From Octopus sinensis (lineage: Eukaryota), in NCBI RefSeq assembly GCF_006345805.1, contig NC_042999.1, positions 127,286,001-127,350,000 on the forward strand: a DNA stretch of 64,000 nucleotides, in the 5' to 3' direction. Below, one piece after another: positions 49,917-64,000 of the stretch; position 1 is the first letter of the stretch, and each line of letters begins with the position of its first letter. The notes under the pieces are model-generated. The model saw only the letters and a program-made list of their open reading frames with translations. It searched no databases and was not told the DNA's origin. Position numbers and translations under genes: made by a program.

Positions 49917-50828
49917 AATTGATGATTATCTGCTCATAAACTCTAAGTTCAAGCCCGTTGCAGATATTTCAGTTTATCTGTCATTCTCTTGAAACTACAA
50001 AACTGGAATTATTTCCACAGCTATTAAAATCCTTCCTACTCCAGAGTTTAGGAGACATTTACTTACTTCATAGTTGTTAATTAACTGTTTTGCTTTCTCC
50101 AGCAAATTTATGTAGATAATGCAAACAAAAAGTAGTGATTAACAATGTGATAGAAGTGAAAAATTTTTGTCATGATTTATTATGCTATTATTTTTTGCTA
50201 AGAGTTGTGTAGAATTGTGAGTATAGCTGAGAGCAAATATAACAGATTTATCTACTGGTGTACTGCTGGAGTTACTAATGGATTTTTAGTTGGGAAGTCT
50301 CAACCAGTAGATTTCAGTAAAAATGAACAAGATCATTTGCACTAAAGACCAGAAAATATAGTTGCTCTTAAGTAAGGACAAAGAAATCACAGGAAAGTGG
50401 TACTCCAGATATTGAAGACCATATGTTTTACTTATACAACAGTAGTGCAATTCTGGTCAACCATTTGATTGTTTATTTATACGATTTAGGAGTGTAAGGG
50501 ATCTAAGTAACATATAGGATTGTCCCCTTCAGTTAGTTAAGTACGTACTAGTCTAGGAAGTATACATATTGAATGAGAAAGTGCCAGGAAACAGCCCATG
50601 TCTTCAGGAAACTCTTCTTTTAATATAATAAAAGTCTATTGTTTTTATAAAGATAGTATATTTAGCATGTTTGTTATATTCTAACCTTATTTATTGACCA
50701 TTCATTTGTATATTCAGAAAATGCATGCTATGTGAAGTATTTAATGCATAAAGTTAGATTTCAAATGAAATGACAAAAAAGATTGAAAGGAACTAACCAG
50801 ACAGTTTGTTAAAGATCAAGTAGAGTCA

Positions 50829-51880
50829 TCTACCTGAAGGGATTTGTGATTTGTTTGCCTTCCTACTTACTAAGACTTAGGTTTTTGCTAGGTTAACTCT
50901 AAGGCTCTTTGATTCTACCTGGAACTTCTCTAGTTCTGGTAGTGATTCAGCAATAAGAGCAAGGTCATCAACATAAAGGAGCTCCCAAGGACAGTCTATC
51001 TTGAATTCCTCTATTATTGCCTGGAGGATTATGATGAACAAGATGGGGCTAAGCACCAATCCTTGGTGAACCCCTACTTTTTTGCTGTACTCATTGCCAA
51101 CCCTCACCTTACTGGTAGCATCCCAGTACATAGCTTATACAATTCTCACCAACCACTCGTCTATCTCTAGTTTCTGTACTGACAACTACATAAGGGATTG
51201 GGGCACCCTGCTAAAGGATTTCTCCAAGTCAACAAAGGCCAGGTACAGCAATGTATCTTTAGCTATGCATTTCTGTTGCAGCTGTCTTACCAGAAATATA
51301 GCATCAGTGGTGCTTCTCCCTGGCACAAAACCAAACTGCATCTCATCTAGGCTAACAACTCTCTCCCTAATTATGACTCTTTCCATAACTTTCATCACTT
51401 GATCCAACAATTTGATACCTCTGTGATCATTGCTATCTAAGGCATCACCTTTAGCTTTGTAGCAGTTGACTATAGTGCTACTACACCAGTCATTAGGTAT
51501 GACTCCTTCATGAACCACCTGATTTACAATACAGGTAACTAGACAATAACCCACACCACCAGATATTTTAAGCATCTCAGCAATGATTCCTGGTGAGCTG
51601 GGGGCTTTCCCTGTATTCATATATTTAATTGCTTTATCTACCAAGGAACTGTTGATTTGAGTAGCTGGTCCCTCAACTGGGTCAACATTTGGCAGATGCT
51701 CCTCCTCCCATTCATTCTCCATATTCAGCAGTCTTTCAAAATGGCATTTCCAAGCCTCTTTCTTTGCAGAATCATTAAATGTAAGTGCACCATCACCGAT
51801 GTAGACATTTCTCTCTTATGACATGATTTTCTCTCACACAGTTTTGCAATCCGAAAAACTTCAGTTCTTTGGTCCTCACA
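50829..51880 (-). mobile_element. RTE LINE reverse transcriptase fragment
   Basis: GKAPSSPGI, IPNDW, RGIKLL, QFGFVPGRSTTDAIF, FVDLEKSF, GVHQGLVLSP, LLYVDDL. Confidence 0.92.
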
Positions 51881-51904
51881 TCACTGAACATTGATGTGTG
51901 CATG

Positions 51905-51936
<32 letters not shown>

Positions 51937-51938
51937 TG

Positions 51939-51969
<31 letters not shown>

Positions 51970-52500
51970 TTATTCAGTTCTATTTCAAGACTTTTTGCCA
52001 ATAGAGAAAGAGTCAGTTTCTAACCTAGATCCTAGGCTCCTTCTTTGGAATTTCAACATCAACAATAGGGTATTTTTGTATGCATGTATGTATATGTGCA
52101 GATTTGTATGTTTTGTTATATGAGTGTATTCTCATGCATATAATTGAATGATAAACTTCTGGAAAGTTTTACAGATTTTTTACAATTCCAGTGATGGATT
52201 GGATCTGTAGTCTTTAAATCAGCTTTCTCCCTTCTGGCTTTGAGAAGCCTAATTTTTCGAGTTTGATGTTTAGGCAGTGTGTTACATATCCCAGTGCCCC
52301 AATAATTTCCAGTATAAACCTGAATTTGTAATATGAGTAGAGTAACTGTAGATTCTTCTTCAATAGTTCAGCATATGTATTTTCTTTTTCACTGATCTTT
52401 TGCCTTATGTTACCATCTGATGGGCAGCTGATTTCTACTACTATATACTGTTTTCCTTCTTTGTCCCAAATCACTATGTCAGATCTATTTTGTTTCATGG
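51970..52500 (-). mobile_element. R4/Dong-like 3' fragment
   Basis: NRSDIVIWDK..VVEISCPSD..KENTYAEL..IIGALGYV; 3' UTR similar to 32640-32730. Confidence 0.75.
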
Positions 52501-53955
52501 CAACAACATCATGTCCCATAGGTAGTTAATACCGCAATGATATGGGTGATATTTTCAGTGTTAACTTCACATATGCATGTATGTATGTATGTATGTATGT
52601 ATGTATGTATGTATGTATGTATGCCTGCATGTATGTTCATATGTATGTATGTACATATTTTTTTATACTACACTTTATAAGAATACACTACACTGTATTG
52701 CATACATAATCTACAATATTATAAATTAGAAGCCAAAATATCACCACGACAATTTGTATATTTACATCTGTATTTCCATGTTAGCATGTATGGAATTATT
52801 ATTATTAATTGGTCTCATAATTTCTCTTGACTTCTCTATATCATTTTAACTGTTGAACTTGATGACTTTTCTAACAAACATGTCAAGTTCTTCCACTAAA
52901 TTTTATAAAGTAATATTTTTTATAGTACATTTGAAACTAATTCCAAATGTTCTGCATACATGTTGATTGAAAGATGTTTCATTTAAAAGACGTAATTTTA
53001 GTGTAAGGAAGATTGTGTACTCTCTCAGAAAAAAAATTTAAAAATAATTTTTTTGAAAAGAAAAAATGATGAAATACATATTTACAGAAATAAAATTATA
53101 TCACTCTAAAAAAAAATTACTAATCGCTTCACCAATCATTTTTAATAACCTAATAAAATTCACAAAACTTTATTCAATGAAACTAATATCCAGGCTCTCA
53201 GTTCAAAAGTATAGTTGTTATCATAAGTTCTTTAATGAAGTTTAGGTGTGTCTATCATGCTGACAGTGTTTCAAGATCCTTAAAAAACTGGAGGTTGGGC
53301 AAAGATTTTTATGTCAGGAAAAAATATTAATTGTAAGATCAATTTTGGATGACTTGGCAACTTTATGAAGTCAGAGGGGAAGGTAGTGAAATTAATACAG
53401 AAAACAAAAATTAATTAAAGTTTAAAAGTGAAAATAAAGAAGTCATATAACATAAGTCCTGAAACTTATGGATTGTAAACTATCAAATGTTGGCTGAAGT
53501 AATCATTTGAGATTTGCTTCTATGTGAGAATATTAGAATTACCAACTCATAACATACTTCAGCAGGAATTTGTGTTTTTTTTTTCTTTTATTATAGGCAT
53601 ATACAATTACAGTTAGAGAATCTGTGAAATTCCTTCAGTTGAAAGAAAATCTCAATACTATATCTTAGAGATAATTCCAATTTATAAGAAACTTGAAATT
53701 TTAGTGGCTCAGAATATTTAAAGGCTTATTGTTATATTTCTGTACATTTATGTTTTGTTATTTTAATATTCCTGTTGGTTCTTATTTCATTTATTTTTAC
53801 CCCACCACTTTTTTTTCTCTCATCCAGCATTCCAGTGTAATAAAAAAAAATCCTTCTTACAATATAAATACATACAAGATCATAACTTGAATGTTTTCAT
53901 TTGTGAATGATCAAATTTACAACCAAGTTGGTTATGCTCACATCATCATCACCAT

Positions 53956-53993
<38 letters not shown>

Positions 53994-54644
53994 TCATCAT
54001 CATCATTTTCATCGCCGCTGTCATTGTCACCATCATCATGATTATCTTATCATTGTCATTTTTCTCATCATCGTCATCATCATCATCATCATCCTCACCA
54101 TCATCATCGTTACCATCATGCTCATCATCATCATCATCATTGTTTTAATGTCCACTTTTTCATGCTTTAGGTCAGATAGAATTTACTGATGCAGATTTTC
54201 TACAGTTAGATGACCCTTCCTGTCACCGCCCTGGACCCCAGACCTGTTTCCAGGTAAAGGTAAGATTTCAATATTTCCTCATAGCACTTCATAGCTTGAC
54301 ATGATTTCAAAGAAGATTGGAAATAAAAAAAATTTAGTAACAGCGATGCATATTTATAACTAGAACACATGTGCTCACACACACACACACAAAACTGCCT
54401 ACATACATATATACACACAGAATGAGTTTCATTTTTATCCACCAATTTGGCCAGTCCAAGAATACAACACAAGGTACTGGCCAAAGGTACCACACAATGT
54501 GAATGGAAAGCAAGCTTTTTGACCAAGCAGCCTGGTCAATATGGAAACAAATGTTTTGACCATATAGTTATTCCTGCAGAGAAAAAAAACTTATAAACAA
54601 TTACATTTGAGAAACTTGGATTATGTCCCTACTTTAAAAATAGG

Positions 54645-55095
54645 CATGGTTTGCTTCCCAACCACATTATTCCACATTCAGTCCTACTGCATAGCACTCT
54701 GGACAAGTGTCTTCCACTATAGCCTTAGGCCGACCAATGCCTTGTGAGTGGATCTAGAAACTGAAAGAAACCCATTTTATGTATGTATGTATTATGTATG
54801 CATGTGTGTGTGTCTGTGTATGTGTGTGTGCATGCGTATGTGTATAGGTATGTGTATATATGTGCATGTATGCACATGTGTGTGTTAGTATGTGTGTATG
54901 TGTCAGTGCATGTGTGTGTCTTTGTATCTGTGTTTGTCCCCCACCACCACTTAACAACTGGTGTTGGTGTGTTTAGATCCCTGTAAGTTAGTGGTTTGGC
55001 AAAAGAGGCCAATAGTATAAGTACGAAGGGTTGATTCATTTCAAAGTGGTGCTCCAGCATGGCCACACTCTAATGACTGAAACAAATAAGAGAAG
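54645..55095 (+). mobile_element. SINE type A
   Basis: Homologous to 735-1096. Confidence 0.75.
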
Positions 55096-55335
55096 AGATA
55101 TAGTTAGTTCCATTCCACAATTGTATACACATTATAAATGTTATAACTGCTACTTATTTCATCAACTCCAAAAAGATGAAAGGCAAAGTCAACCTTGGCA
55201 GAATTTGAACTCAGAATGTAATGAAAGATGAAATGCTGTTCCGTATTTTGCCTGGCATGCTAATGATTCTTCCAGCTCACTGCCTTTAAAACAGTAGCTT
55301 AACAATGACAAAGCTATTTTGTTAAATTCTTTATT

Positions 55336-55658
55336 GTGAGGGCGCGTGGCTTAGTGGTTAGAGCATTCGGCTCATGATCGTAAGGTTGTGAGTTCGATTC
55401 CCGGCGACGCGTTGTGTCCTTGAGCAAGACACTTTATTTCACATTGCTCCAGTCCACTCAGCTGGCAAAAATGAGTTGTACTTGTATTTCAAAGGGTCAG
55501 CCTTGTCACTCTATGTGTCACGCTGATTATCCCCGAGAACTACGTTAAGGGTACACGTGTCTGTGGAATGCTCAGCCATTTGCACGTTAATTTCACGAGC
55601 AAGCTGTTCCGTTGATCGTATCAGCTGGGACCCTCATCGTCGTAACCGGTGGAGTCTT
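55336..55658 (+). mobile_element. tRNA-derived SINE, type C, with TSD
   Basis: GGCGCGTGGCTTAGTGGTTAGAGC...GAGTTCGATTCC; 14-bp TSD TTAAATTCTTTATT at 55322-55335 and 55659-55672. Confidence 0.92.
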
Positions 55659-56034
55659 TTAAATTCTTTATTATATTAAAAATGAATTGAAACAAATGCA
55701 ATGTATTGCAACTGAAACATATGTTCTTTGAGAGAGGATATGCTATACCACTATTGCCCAAATTTACAAGATTTATCTGCTTCCACTACTACTGTTCCCA
55801 CAAATAGGTTCAAAACAATTCCTCATTCCTTTAGCAAAATAAAACCCTCAAGAATATTAAATGTTCTCATTTTCTCCTATCTTAACATTAATTACACTAA
55901 TCTCCCTCAGTTATTCCAAACACTTTTCAGCCTTAAAGGGTCAGAAAATGCTACAAACAAGACTTGCTTGTTAGACAAATGAATCAAAAGAAAATAAATC
56001 TCATGAACTGATGGTGGGGATGATGATCATGATG

Positions 56035-56326
56035 ATAGCAAGATAGGTAGATTAAGACAGAGAAAGAGAGAGAATGAGAAATAGGGTTGGAGAGTGGGGA
56101 AGATGTAGATATATCAACAGAAAAATAGATGGATAGATAGATAGATGGATAGATAAATAAATAGATAGATAGATAGATAGATAGATGGAAAGAAAGAAAG
56201 TAACAAAGAAAGAAAGAATGAGAAAGAGAAATGGGGGAGAGAGAGAGCAAGATATTGAGATTGATTGACTGTAAAGAAGATATATAGACAAGTGGATAAA
56301 CAGAGAGACAGAGAGATGATATAGAG

Positions 56327-56369
<43 letters not shown>

Positions 56370-56410
56370 AATACAAAGACAGATTGATAAAAAGAGAAGA
56401 AGAGGGTGGG
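56035..56410. repeat. (GATA)n/(GA)n low-complexity tract
   Basis: Directly visible. Confidence 0.9.
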
Positions 56411-58855
56411 AAAACATAGTGTTGAACTATTGGTTTTTAAATAATACAAAAATATAATTAGCTTTAAACAACCAAAGTTTACCCTCATCACAGTGTTTAT
56501 TTTCTAATTTACACATTTTGAAAAATTTTATTCGTTTTATTGCAGGTTGTTGCTTTTGCTTTTATTTTGTTGATTTAATCATTGTTCAGCATTGTTTACC
56601 TCTCCTCACTATGAGTGTTGTGTTAATAAAGTAGTCATACATGCTGCATTAAGTGTATTAATGTTCATTTTACATAAAATGTTGTTTGGTAAAATAAAAA
56701 AACAATTCCTTCAATGTTCTTTGGACTTCTGCTTGCAATTATTTTCAATTATTGGGTTGAAGATGAAATAAATTTAGTAAAATTATTGATAAATAAATGG
56801 TGGCTTCTGATGTTACATCCCCAGTTTAAAATACAACAAAATAGTGAAACATTTGTGTGTGTATGTATGTAGCTGTGTAACTAATAGAAAGAGAAAGAGA
56901 GAGAGAGAGAGGGAGTTGCATGAATACATATATCCATAATGTTTTTCAGTGACAGTGTATCTCAAACTGAATAAAGCTATAAATAAAAGCCTCAAGATAC
57001 CCAGTTTCATATTCTTGAAATTTCTAAATTCTGTTTACATCAACAGCTAATATGGGGGCATATTTTTCATTTGTATTGTGTTGTATTCATAAAGTGATGT
57101 AATAGCAGAGTGCTATTACATATTTTATAACGTTCAATCTCATCGTTCTACAGGCTGACTTTGAATGACATTCATCTGGTCAAACTCGCTCATATTTGTG
57201 AGTCATGGAAATCTTTCATTGGCTTATAACATCCACAGTCACTGGGTCTGTAGATTTTATCAGTCATACACTAACCTCACTGAACTTCCTCTACCCTAGC
57301 CTTGAGTGGTGTATCACCATTGGTCGATGATACCCAGATGACTATTTTGTCAAAACTGCACACCACTATGTTTTCTTCCCAGTGGCTTCACTTATAAACC
57401 CAAGGCTGGGTACCTGATGATGTTATGTCATGCTAAAGAGTCGCCTATGTTTGGTTCATGATGGCTTGTTTCTATATTTTCTGCCAATCCAGAAGTTATT
57501 TCTCTATCTGCCATGTAAGAACTCACTGAGTAAGAATTTTCTCTTCCCAATCCTATCTCAGTATAACATTTAATATTGTCTTGACTAGAACCAAATTTAC
57601 TCTCATCACCTAAAGGAGGTCAATAGAATAAATACCAATAATCAGTATACGCATGGCTATGTGGTCAAGAAGCTTGCTTCTCAACCATCTAGTCTTGGGT
57701 TCACTACCATTGCATGGCACCTTGGGCAAATATCTTCTACTATAGCCCTAGGTCAACCAAGGCCTAGTGAATGGATTTGGTAGAAGAAACTAAAAGAATC
57801 CCATCACACAAACACACACACATATGTCTGTCTACTGTGTTTACCCTTGTCTTGACATCATGTGATAATTACAAACAAACATCACTCTCATAAAAGCGAT
57901 ATTGTTTGTTTCCAGTCTTGCATGAAAAATATAACTGGCCATGGAAAAATATTGCCATACTTGGAAAAAGGTGACAGTTGGGGACAGGGAAGGCATCTGG
58001 CCACTGAAATAACCTGCTTCAGCAAGTTCCAGGTGACCTATGGAAGCATAGAAAAGTGAATGTTAAACAATGATGACAACTACGATAATGATGATGATGA
58101 TGATGATAATGGTAACGATAACGAATTTACTGTAGATGATTCAGTAAGCTATATTCTTCTGTATAAAAACTGGACATTGTGCCTTATCAAAGCAATTAAC
58201 ATGCCTCCATATTGGTTTAGTATACCTCAGAGTAGAGTAAAAGTCAGCAAAATAGCCCATACCCTCATGTCATCCAATCCACTGACTTTATTGAATATGT
58301 GACATTGCATATAAACATTCTTTGTTTTCCTTATCTACATTTGTTTAGCAAATAATTACATTCAGTATTGAAAAATAGAGCAAAAGTCTCGTTTTGTAGT
58401 GACCTAAAATGAATCAATGTTTTATGCTTATATAATTTTTTTTTTATTTTAAATGAGATGAATTCACTTGATAAAAAAAAAAAATGAAACCTTTCAACAG
58501 TAAATATTTTCACCTTCTTAAATGAAAGGAGTTATAGAAACTAACTATATCACAGACGTGTCAAAATATAGTTTACCTGAATATCAATTCTGAGAAAGGC
58601 AGGAGTGACCAAAAAAAAAAAAGTTTATTTGCCCTTAAGGAATGCAGGCGAATTAGCTGGTACCATATTTAATCTGAAACTACAATCATCCCCATTCAGG
58701 CTAAATAAAAACGTTTTAACTCTTCATTGTTTGCTGAGCCTATTTTTGTGTTATTAAATATGTAGTGGTTCCTTCATGACTTTCTTTTCTTTTACTTTCT
58801 TTAACTTGTTTCAATTATTGGACTGCAACCATGCTGGAGCACCACTTTACAGTGC

Positions 58856-60392
58856 TGTCATCATCATCGTTTAACATCCGCTTTCCATGCTAGTATGGGT
58901 TGGATGATTTGACTGAGGACTGGCGAACCAGATGGCTGCACCAGGCTCCAATCTTGATCTGGCAGAGTTTCTACAGCTGGATGCCCTTCCTAACACCAAC
59001 CACTCCAAGAGTGTAGTGGGTACTTTTATGTGCCACTGGCACGGGGGCCAGTCAGGCAGTACTGGCAATGACCTTGTTCGAATGTTTTTTCACATGCCAC
59101 CGGCACAGAAGCCAGTTAGCTGCTCTGACAACAATCACACTCGGATGGTGCACTTAGCGCCCCACTAGCACAGGGTACAAGTGCCTAAGGTGATGCTGGT
59201 AACGGTCATGCTGGAATGGTGCCTTTTACGTGCCACCGGCACAGAAGCCAGTCATCGAATTTGATGTTAATTTCACTTGCTTCAACAGGTCTTCACAAGT
59301 AGAGTTTAGTGTCCAAAGAAGGAAAGGTACACATAAGTGGGCTGGTTATGCCCCTGGCATAGGCCATGAGGTTATGGTCTCATTTGGCTTGCCGAGTCTT
59401 CTCAAGCACAGCATATTTCCAAAAGTTTTGGTCACTAGTCATTGCCTCGGTGAGGCCTAAAGTTCAGAGGTCGTGCTTTACCACTTCATCCCAGGTCTTC
59501 CTGGGTCTACCTCTTCAACAGGTTCCCTCAACCGCTAGGGTGTGGCACTTTTTCACATGGCTTTCCTCATCCAATCTCACCACATGACCATACCAGCGCA
59601 GTCGTCTCTCTTGCACACCACAACCGATGTTTCTTAGGTCCAATTTTTCTCTCAAGGTACTTACACTCTGTCGAGTATGCACACTGACATTACACATCCA
59701 TCAGATCATACTGGTTTCATTCCTTGTGAGCTTATGCATGTCCTCAACAGTCACACCCATGTTTCACTGCCATGTTGTATGGGTGTTCGTACATATGCGT
59801 CATACAGTCTACCTTTTACTCTGAGCGAGAGGCCCTTTGTCACTAGCAGAAGTAAGAGCTCTCTGAACTTTGCCCAGGCTATTCTTATTCTAGCAGCTTA
59901 CTTTCAGTACACCCTCCCCCAATACTGACTAAGTAACCTAGGTAACAGAAGCTATCAACTACTTCTAGTTTTTCTCCCTGGACTGTGGTAGAAGTTGTTC
60001 TCTGTACATTTTCAGTGTTTATTGCTCTTGAGCATCTGCCACATACAAAAACTATCTTCCCAGTTAGCCTTCCTTTGATATTGCTGCACCTCTTATGTGT
60101 TCATAACTTACACTGGGAACATCTTATAGAGTTTCTACCTACGCCTCTACTACAGATTGAGCAGGGCCATCTACCTGAAGGGATTTGTGATTTGCCTGCC
60201 TTCCTACTTATTAGGACTTTGGTTTTAGTTAGGTTGACTCTAAGACCCTTTGATTCTAATCCTTGTTTCCACACCTGAAACTTCTCCTCAAGTTCTAATA
60301 GTGACTCAGCAATTAGAGCAAGGTCGTCAACAAAGAGGAGCTCCCAGGGGCATCCTGTCTTGAATTCCTCTGTTATTGCCTGGAGGACTAGG
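58856..60392 (-). mobile_element. 5'-truncated RTE LINE with 3' UTR
   Basis: CPWELLFVDDLALIAES, NLTKTKV, WPCSICSRGVGRNSIRC, RLRWYGHVVRL, GRPRKTW; (GAT) tail. Confidence 0.92.
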
Positions 60393-61552
60393 GATAATTA
60401 CACAGGGCAGTTACTCAAGGTCCTCAGATGTCTACAGACCCAATTCTATTATATGTATGTTGTGGTTTGCAATTAAAAAAAAGTAATAAAAATATTCTTG
60501 GGCCCAGTTCATTGATTTGCCTGGGGTCTATAATGCAACTAAAACAGTCTAGCTGCCTTGAAGGGTTTAATCAAACAAATCAACCCCAGTACTTGTTCTT
60601 CTGTTTTTAAGACTGGTTCTTATTCTATCAGTCTCTTTTACCAAACCACTAAGTTATGGGTGACACAAGTTCAGAAGGCACATGGTTCAGTGGTTAAAGT
60701 GCTGGACTCACAATCATGAGGTTGTGAGTTCAATTCCTGGACCAGTCTGTGTGTTGTGTTCTTGAGCCAGACAATTTTTTTCATGTTGTTCCAGTTCACT
60801 CAGCTGAACCCAAAACCACATGGTTGCAAAGTGAGCTTCTTAAGCACATGGCCCATGCCTGTACCCACACAACTATGCTTGCACATGACTTAAAAATTTT
60901 TCTTTTTAATATAAATTGTTTATATTGGCTTGCATGATCATGTTTTCATTTTTTTAATTTGCTTTGGGTTGCAAGTCATAAAGAATTTCCAATGTGGCTT
61001 GCTTCCAAAAACAGTTTTCAAATCCCTGGAGGAGAGGAAAGCTCACAGTGAAAAGATGCGAAAACAGTTTTTTTTTAATCCGAATTGTATTTCTTTCACA
61101 TCACTTATATCAATAACACTCTTTGGAAAAATTTGAACGTCACAAAACCTTTTCCCTCTTTGCACCAAAGTGAACAAGGTTGATCATAAAGAAGTCACTG
61201 AGAAAGCTTGTATGAGGTTAATCAACTTGCTAGAAATAGCAGCCAAATCTCCTTCAACTGTATTTTTATCAATAATAGGAAGGAAGCAATAGATAATATA
61301 ATCTTAGATATACTCCAACCAAAAAAAAAGGATTGTCATGCATGGAGTGTCTTTTGATCAGGGTTGGTCTGATGTTACACAGCAATAACAGGAATAGCAA
61401 CAATCTATTCACCACTTGCTAGATTATTGTTAATTGTAAATATAATCAAGCAGTAAACACATTCATTATGACATTTGATTGATATGTCTAACTCTATTAA
61501 TTTCAGTGAATGAAATTAATAATTAATAATTTAATAGTTTTGATAACTTAAT

Positions 61553-61613
<61 letters not shown>

Positions 61614-61672
61614 ACAACAACAACAACAACAACAACAACACAACAGCAACAACAACAGCAGCAGCAGCAGCT
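61553..61672. repeat. (CAT)n(CAA)n(CAG)n compound trinucleotide repeat
   Basis: Directly visible. Confidence 0.95.
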
Positions 61673-62529
61673 AATTTATGTTGGAATCTCAGCTCATCAG
61701 AAACATTTGGAGGTACGTCACTATGGTGATTTGGCATAATCAATAAAACATTTGAACAAGCTTCAAGTATTTAAGATTTTACACATGCTGAGCTCAAATT
61801 CTGCTGGGGCTAATTTTGTCTTTCATCCTTCCAGGGTCAATATAATAAAATGCCATTCGAGTCCTGAAGACAATTTATTATTTCTATGTAACATCTTAGA
61901 AGTTAATGGAATTATGGTAAATACATATATATATATATATTGTTGATATCAAAAGAATTTATAAACTTTCAAGAGAATGCAAAATGATTCTTTTTTGGAA
62001 CAGTGGATCTTGAAGCACATAAAGCTATAACTAATAGCATACAAAATATTGGGTTGAAATATATGTCTACAGGTGATGTAAGTTTGAGTCCCATGAACAG
62101 TCTTTGACATTTTCAATCCAAGAGGGGTTGTCTGCCCAATATTCATGCATATCTGGTAAGTTCAGTCATGAATTCACTGCAGGGAAAGTTCACCGTACAA
62201 ATTTTTTTGACATAATTTTTCAATTTCAATTTTTCTCTCATTTTTTTTTTAATAAAATAGTTTTTAACTATTAATGGTGAGAGACTATGTATATATTTTC
62301 TTGGTAAATTTTCCTTAGCTTAAGTATTGTGATGATATTGCCAAAATTCATGAGCATCAAGTTCAGTTGAGGTACTCCAACATAGAAATAGGGTATATAG
62401 ATGAAATTTATTGTGTGCCCAAATTGACAAACTCAGTGGCCAATAACTTCAAAAATACAGCCTTCTTCAAGCTAACTACACTGAAGTCAATACCCAGCAG
62501 GAGGAATTTTGAAAATGTCATATAAAATT

Positions 62530-63155
62530 GATTTCAAATTTTGGTACAAGGCCAGTAAGTTCAGGGGAGGGGTTAAGTCAATTACATCAACCCCATCGAC
62601 CTCAAAAGGATGAAAGGCAAAGTCTGGGCGGAATTTGAACACAGAACACTAAGATGGTCAAAATGCTTAGCAGTATTTTGCCCAGCATGCTAACAATTCA
62701 GCTAGCTTGCTGCCTTAAAATGTCATATAATACTTATTTCGAATTTTGGCACAAGGCCAGCAATTGAGGGGAGGTTGATTATATTGTGCCCAATATTCAA
62801 ATGGTACTTAGTTTATCAAGCCTGAAAGCCTGAAAGGCAATGTTGACCTCAGCAGAATTTAAACTCGGAATGTAAAAAAGTGCAAAATACCACTGAGCAA
62901 TATGCTAATGATTCTGCCAGCTTGCTGCCTGAACATCATATAATATTCTTTTCTACTCTAGGCACAAGGTTCAAAATTTTGGTGGAGGGGGCTAGTCAAT
63001 TAGATCGGCCCCAGTATACAACTGGTACTTAATTTATCGAAAGGATGAAAGGCAAAGTTGACCTCAGCGGAATTTGAACTCAGGACATAAAGACAGACAA
63101 AATACCATTAAGCATTTCACCCGGTGTGCTAACATTTCTGCCAGCTTGCTGCCTT
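62530..63155 (-). mobile_element. Three tandem SINE type B copies
   Basis: Units ~62530-62716, ~62740-62930 and ~62950-63155, each ending on + in GCTTGCTGCCT followed by (G/A)TCATATAA. Confidence 0.8.
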
Positions 63156-63704
63156 AACGTCATATAATATTGACCTATGAACAGTGCATGTCAATGACAA
63201 TGAATCCAAACTCATTGCAAATAAGAGAGTAAATGATTTAGTTATTTTTGACAGGGTTTGGTAACAAGAATCTGGAATTTACTTCCTTGATATTCATAGC
63301 AGAACTAGAAAAACTTTTTTGATAAATATATTGCTTACCAAAGCCATCAGCATAAAGGCATAGTTATTGCAGTTATTTCTTTAGGACTGCTGACCCCACT
63401 TCTTTTGACATACAGTGCTGGTTGGTTTACATCTCTATAACTTAGCAGTTCAGCAAAAGCAGACCAACAAAATAAGTATCCAATTTAAAAAAATAAGTTC
63501 TGGTGTTAATTTGTTTGACTAAACCCTTCAAGACAGTAGCCCAGTATGGCCATAGTCCAATGAGTGAAACATGTAAAAGATAAAAGATAATGCCACAATA
63601 ACTTCAGGGGGAAAAAAATTCCCGATAATACTGAGATGACACTGCTCAGAATTGCCAAGTCTTTAATGAATACAGATCTAATATTACATAATCTGGAGCT
63701 CATC

Positions 63705-64000
63705 ACAACATCATCATCATTATCATCATCGTTTAATGTCCATTTTCCATGCTGGCATGGGTTGGATGGTTTGATCGAGGACTGGAAAGCCAGTAGGCTG
63801 CACCAGGCTCCATTCTGATCTGGCAAGGTTTCTACAGCTGGATGCCCTTTCAAACACCAACCACTCCGAAAGTGTAGTGGGTGCTTTTTATGTGCCACCA
63901 GCACAGGAGTCTAGTCAGGCAGCACTGGCATTGACTACGTTTGAATGGTACTTTTTATGTGCCACTAGCATGGGAGCCAGTCGGGGATCACTGGCATCAA
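63705..64000 (-). mobile_element. RTE 3'-end fragment (runs off window)
   Basis: (ATC)n then GTTTAATGTCCATTTTCCATGCTGGCATGGG. Confidence 0.85.

Noticed and set aside
424-56491. Many YIYI/CVCV/HTHT/LSLS ORFs
   Set aside because: Translations of (TA)n, (TG)n, (TATG)n and (GA)n microsatellites

Overview
AT-rich eukaryotic DNA, dense in microsatellites, with a repeat content typical of an octopus (coleoid cephalopod) genome; the organism is inferred from repeat types only. I found no host protein-coding exon I can support, so the window is intergenic or intronic. Nearly all ORF-track entries are microsatellite read-throughs or transposon debris. The window contains fragments of CR1/L2-group, RTE, R4/Dong and probably L1/Tx1 non-LTR retrotransposons. 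It also has three types of tRNA-derived SINE, Helitron remnants, a full-length decayed hAT element with TIRs and an 8-bp TSD, hAT and mariner MITEs, and a U6 snRNA fragment fused to a SINE. The most notable hidden signal is about 12 type-I hammerhead ribozyme motifs between 1.2 and 36 kb. One is fully canonical (14520-14603). They sit in short non-coding cassettes embedded in (TA)n, often folded into head-to-head inverted repeats, the largest a 534-bp palindrome. This resembles a diverse set of Penelope-like or retrozyme-type non-autonomous ribozyme retroelements.
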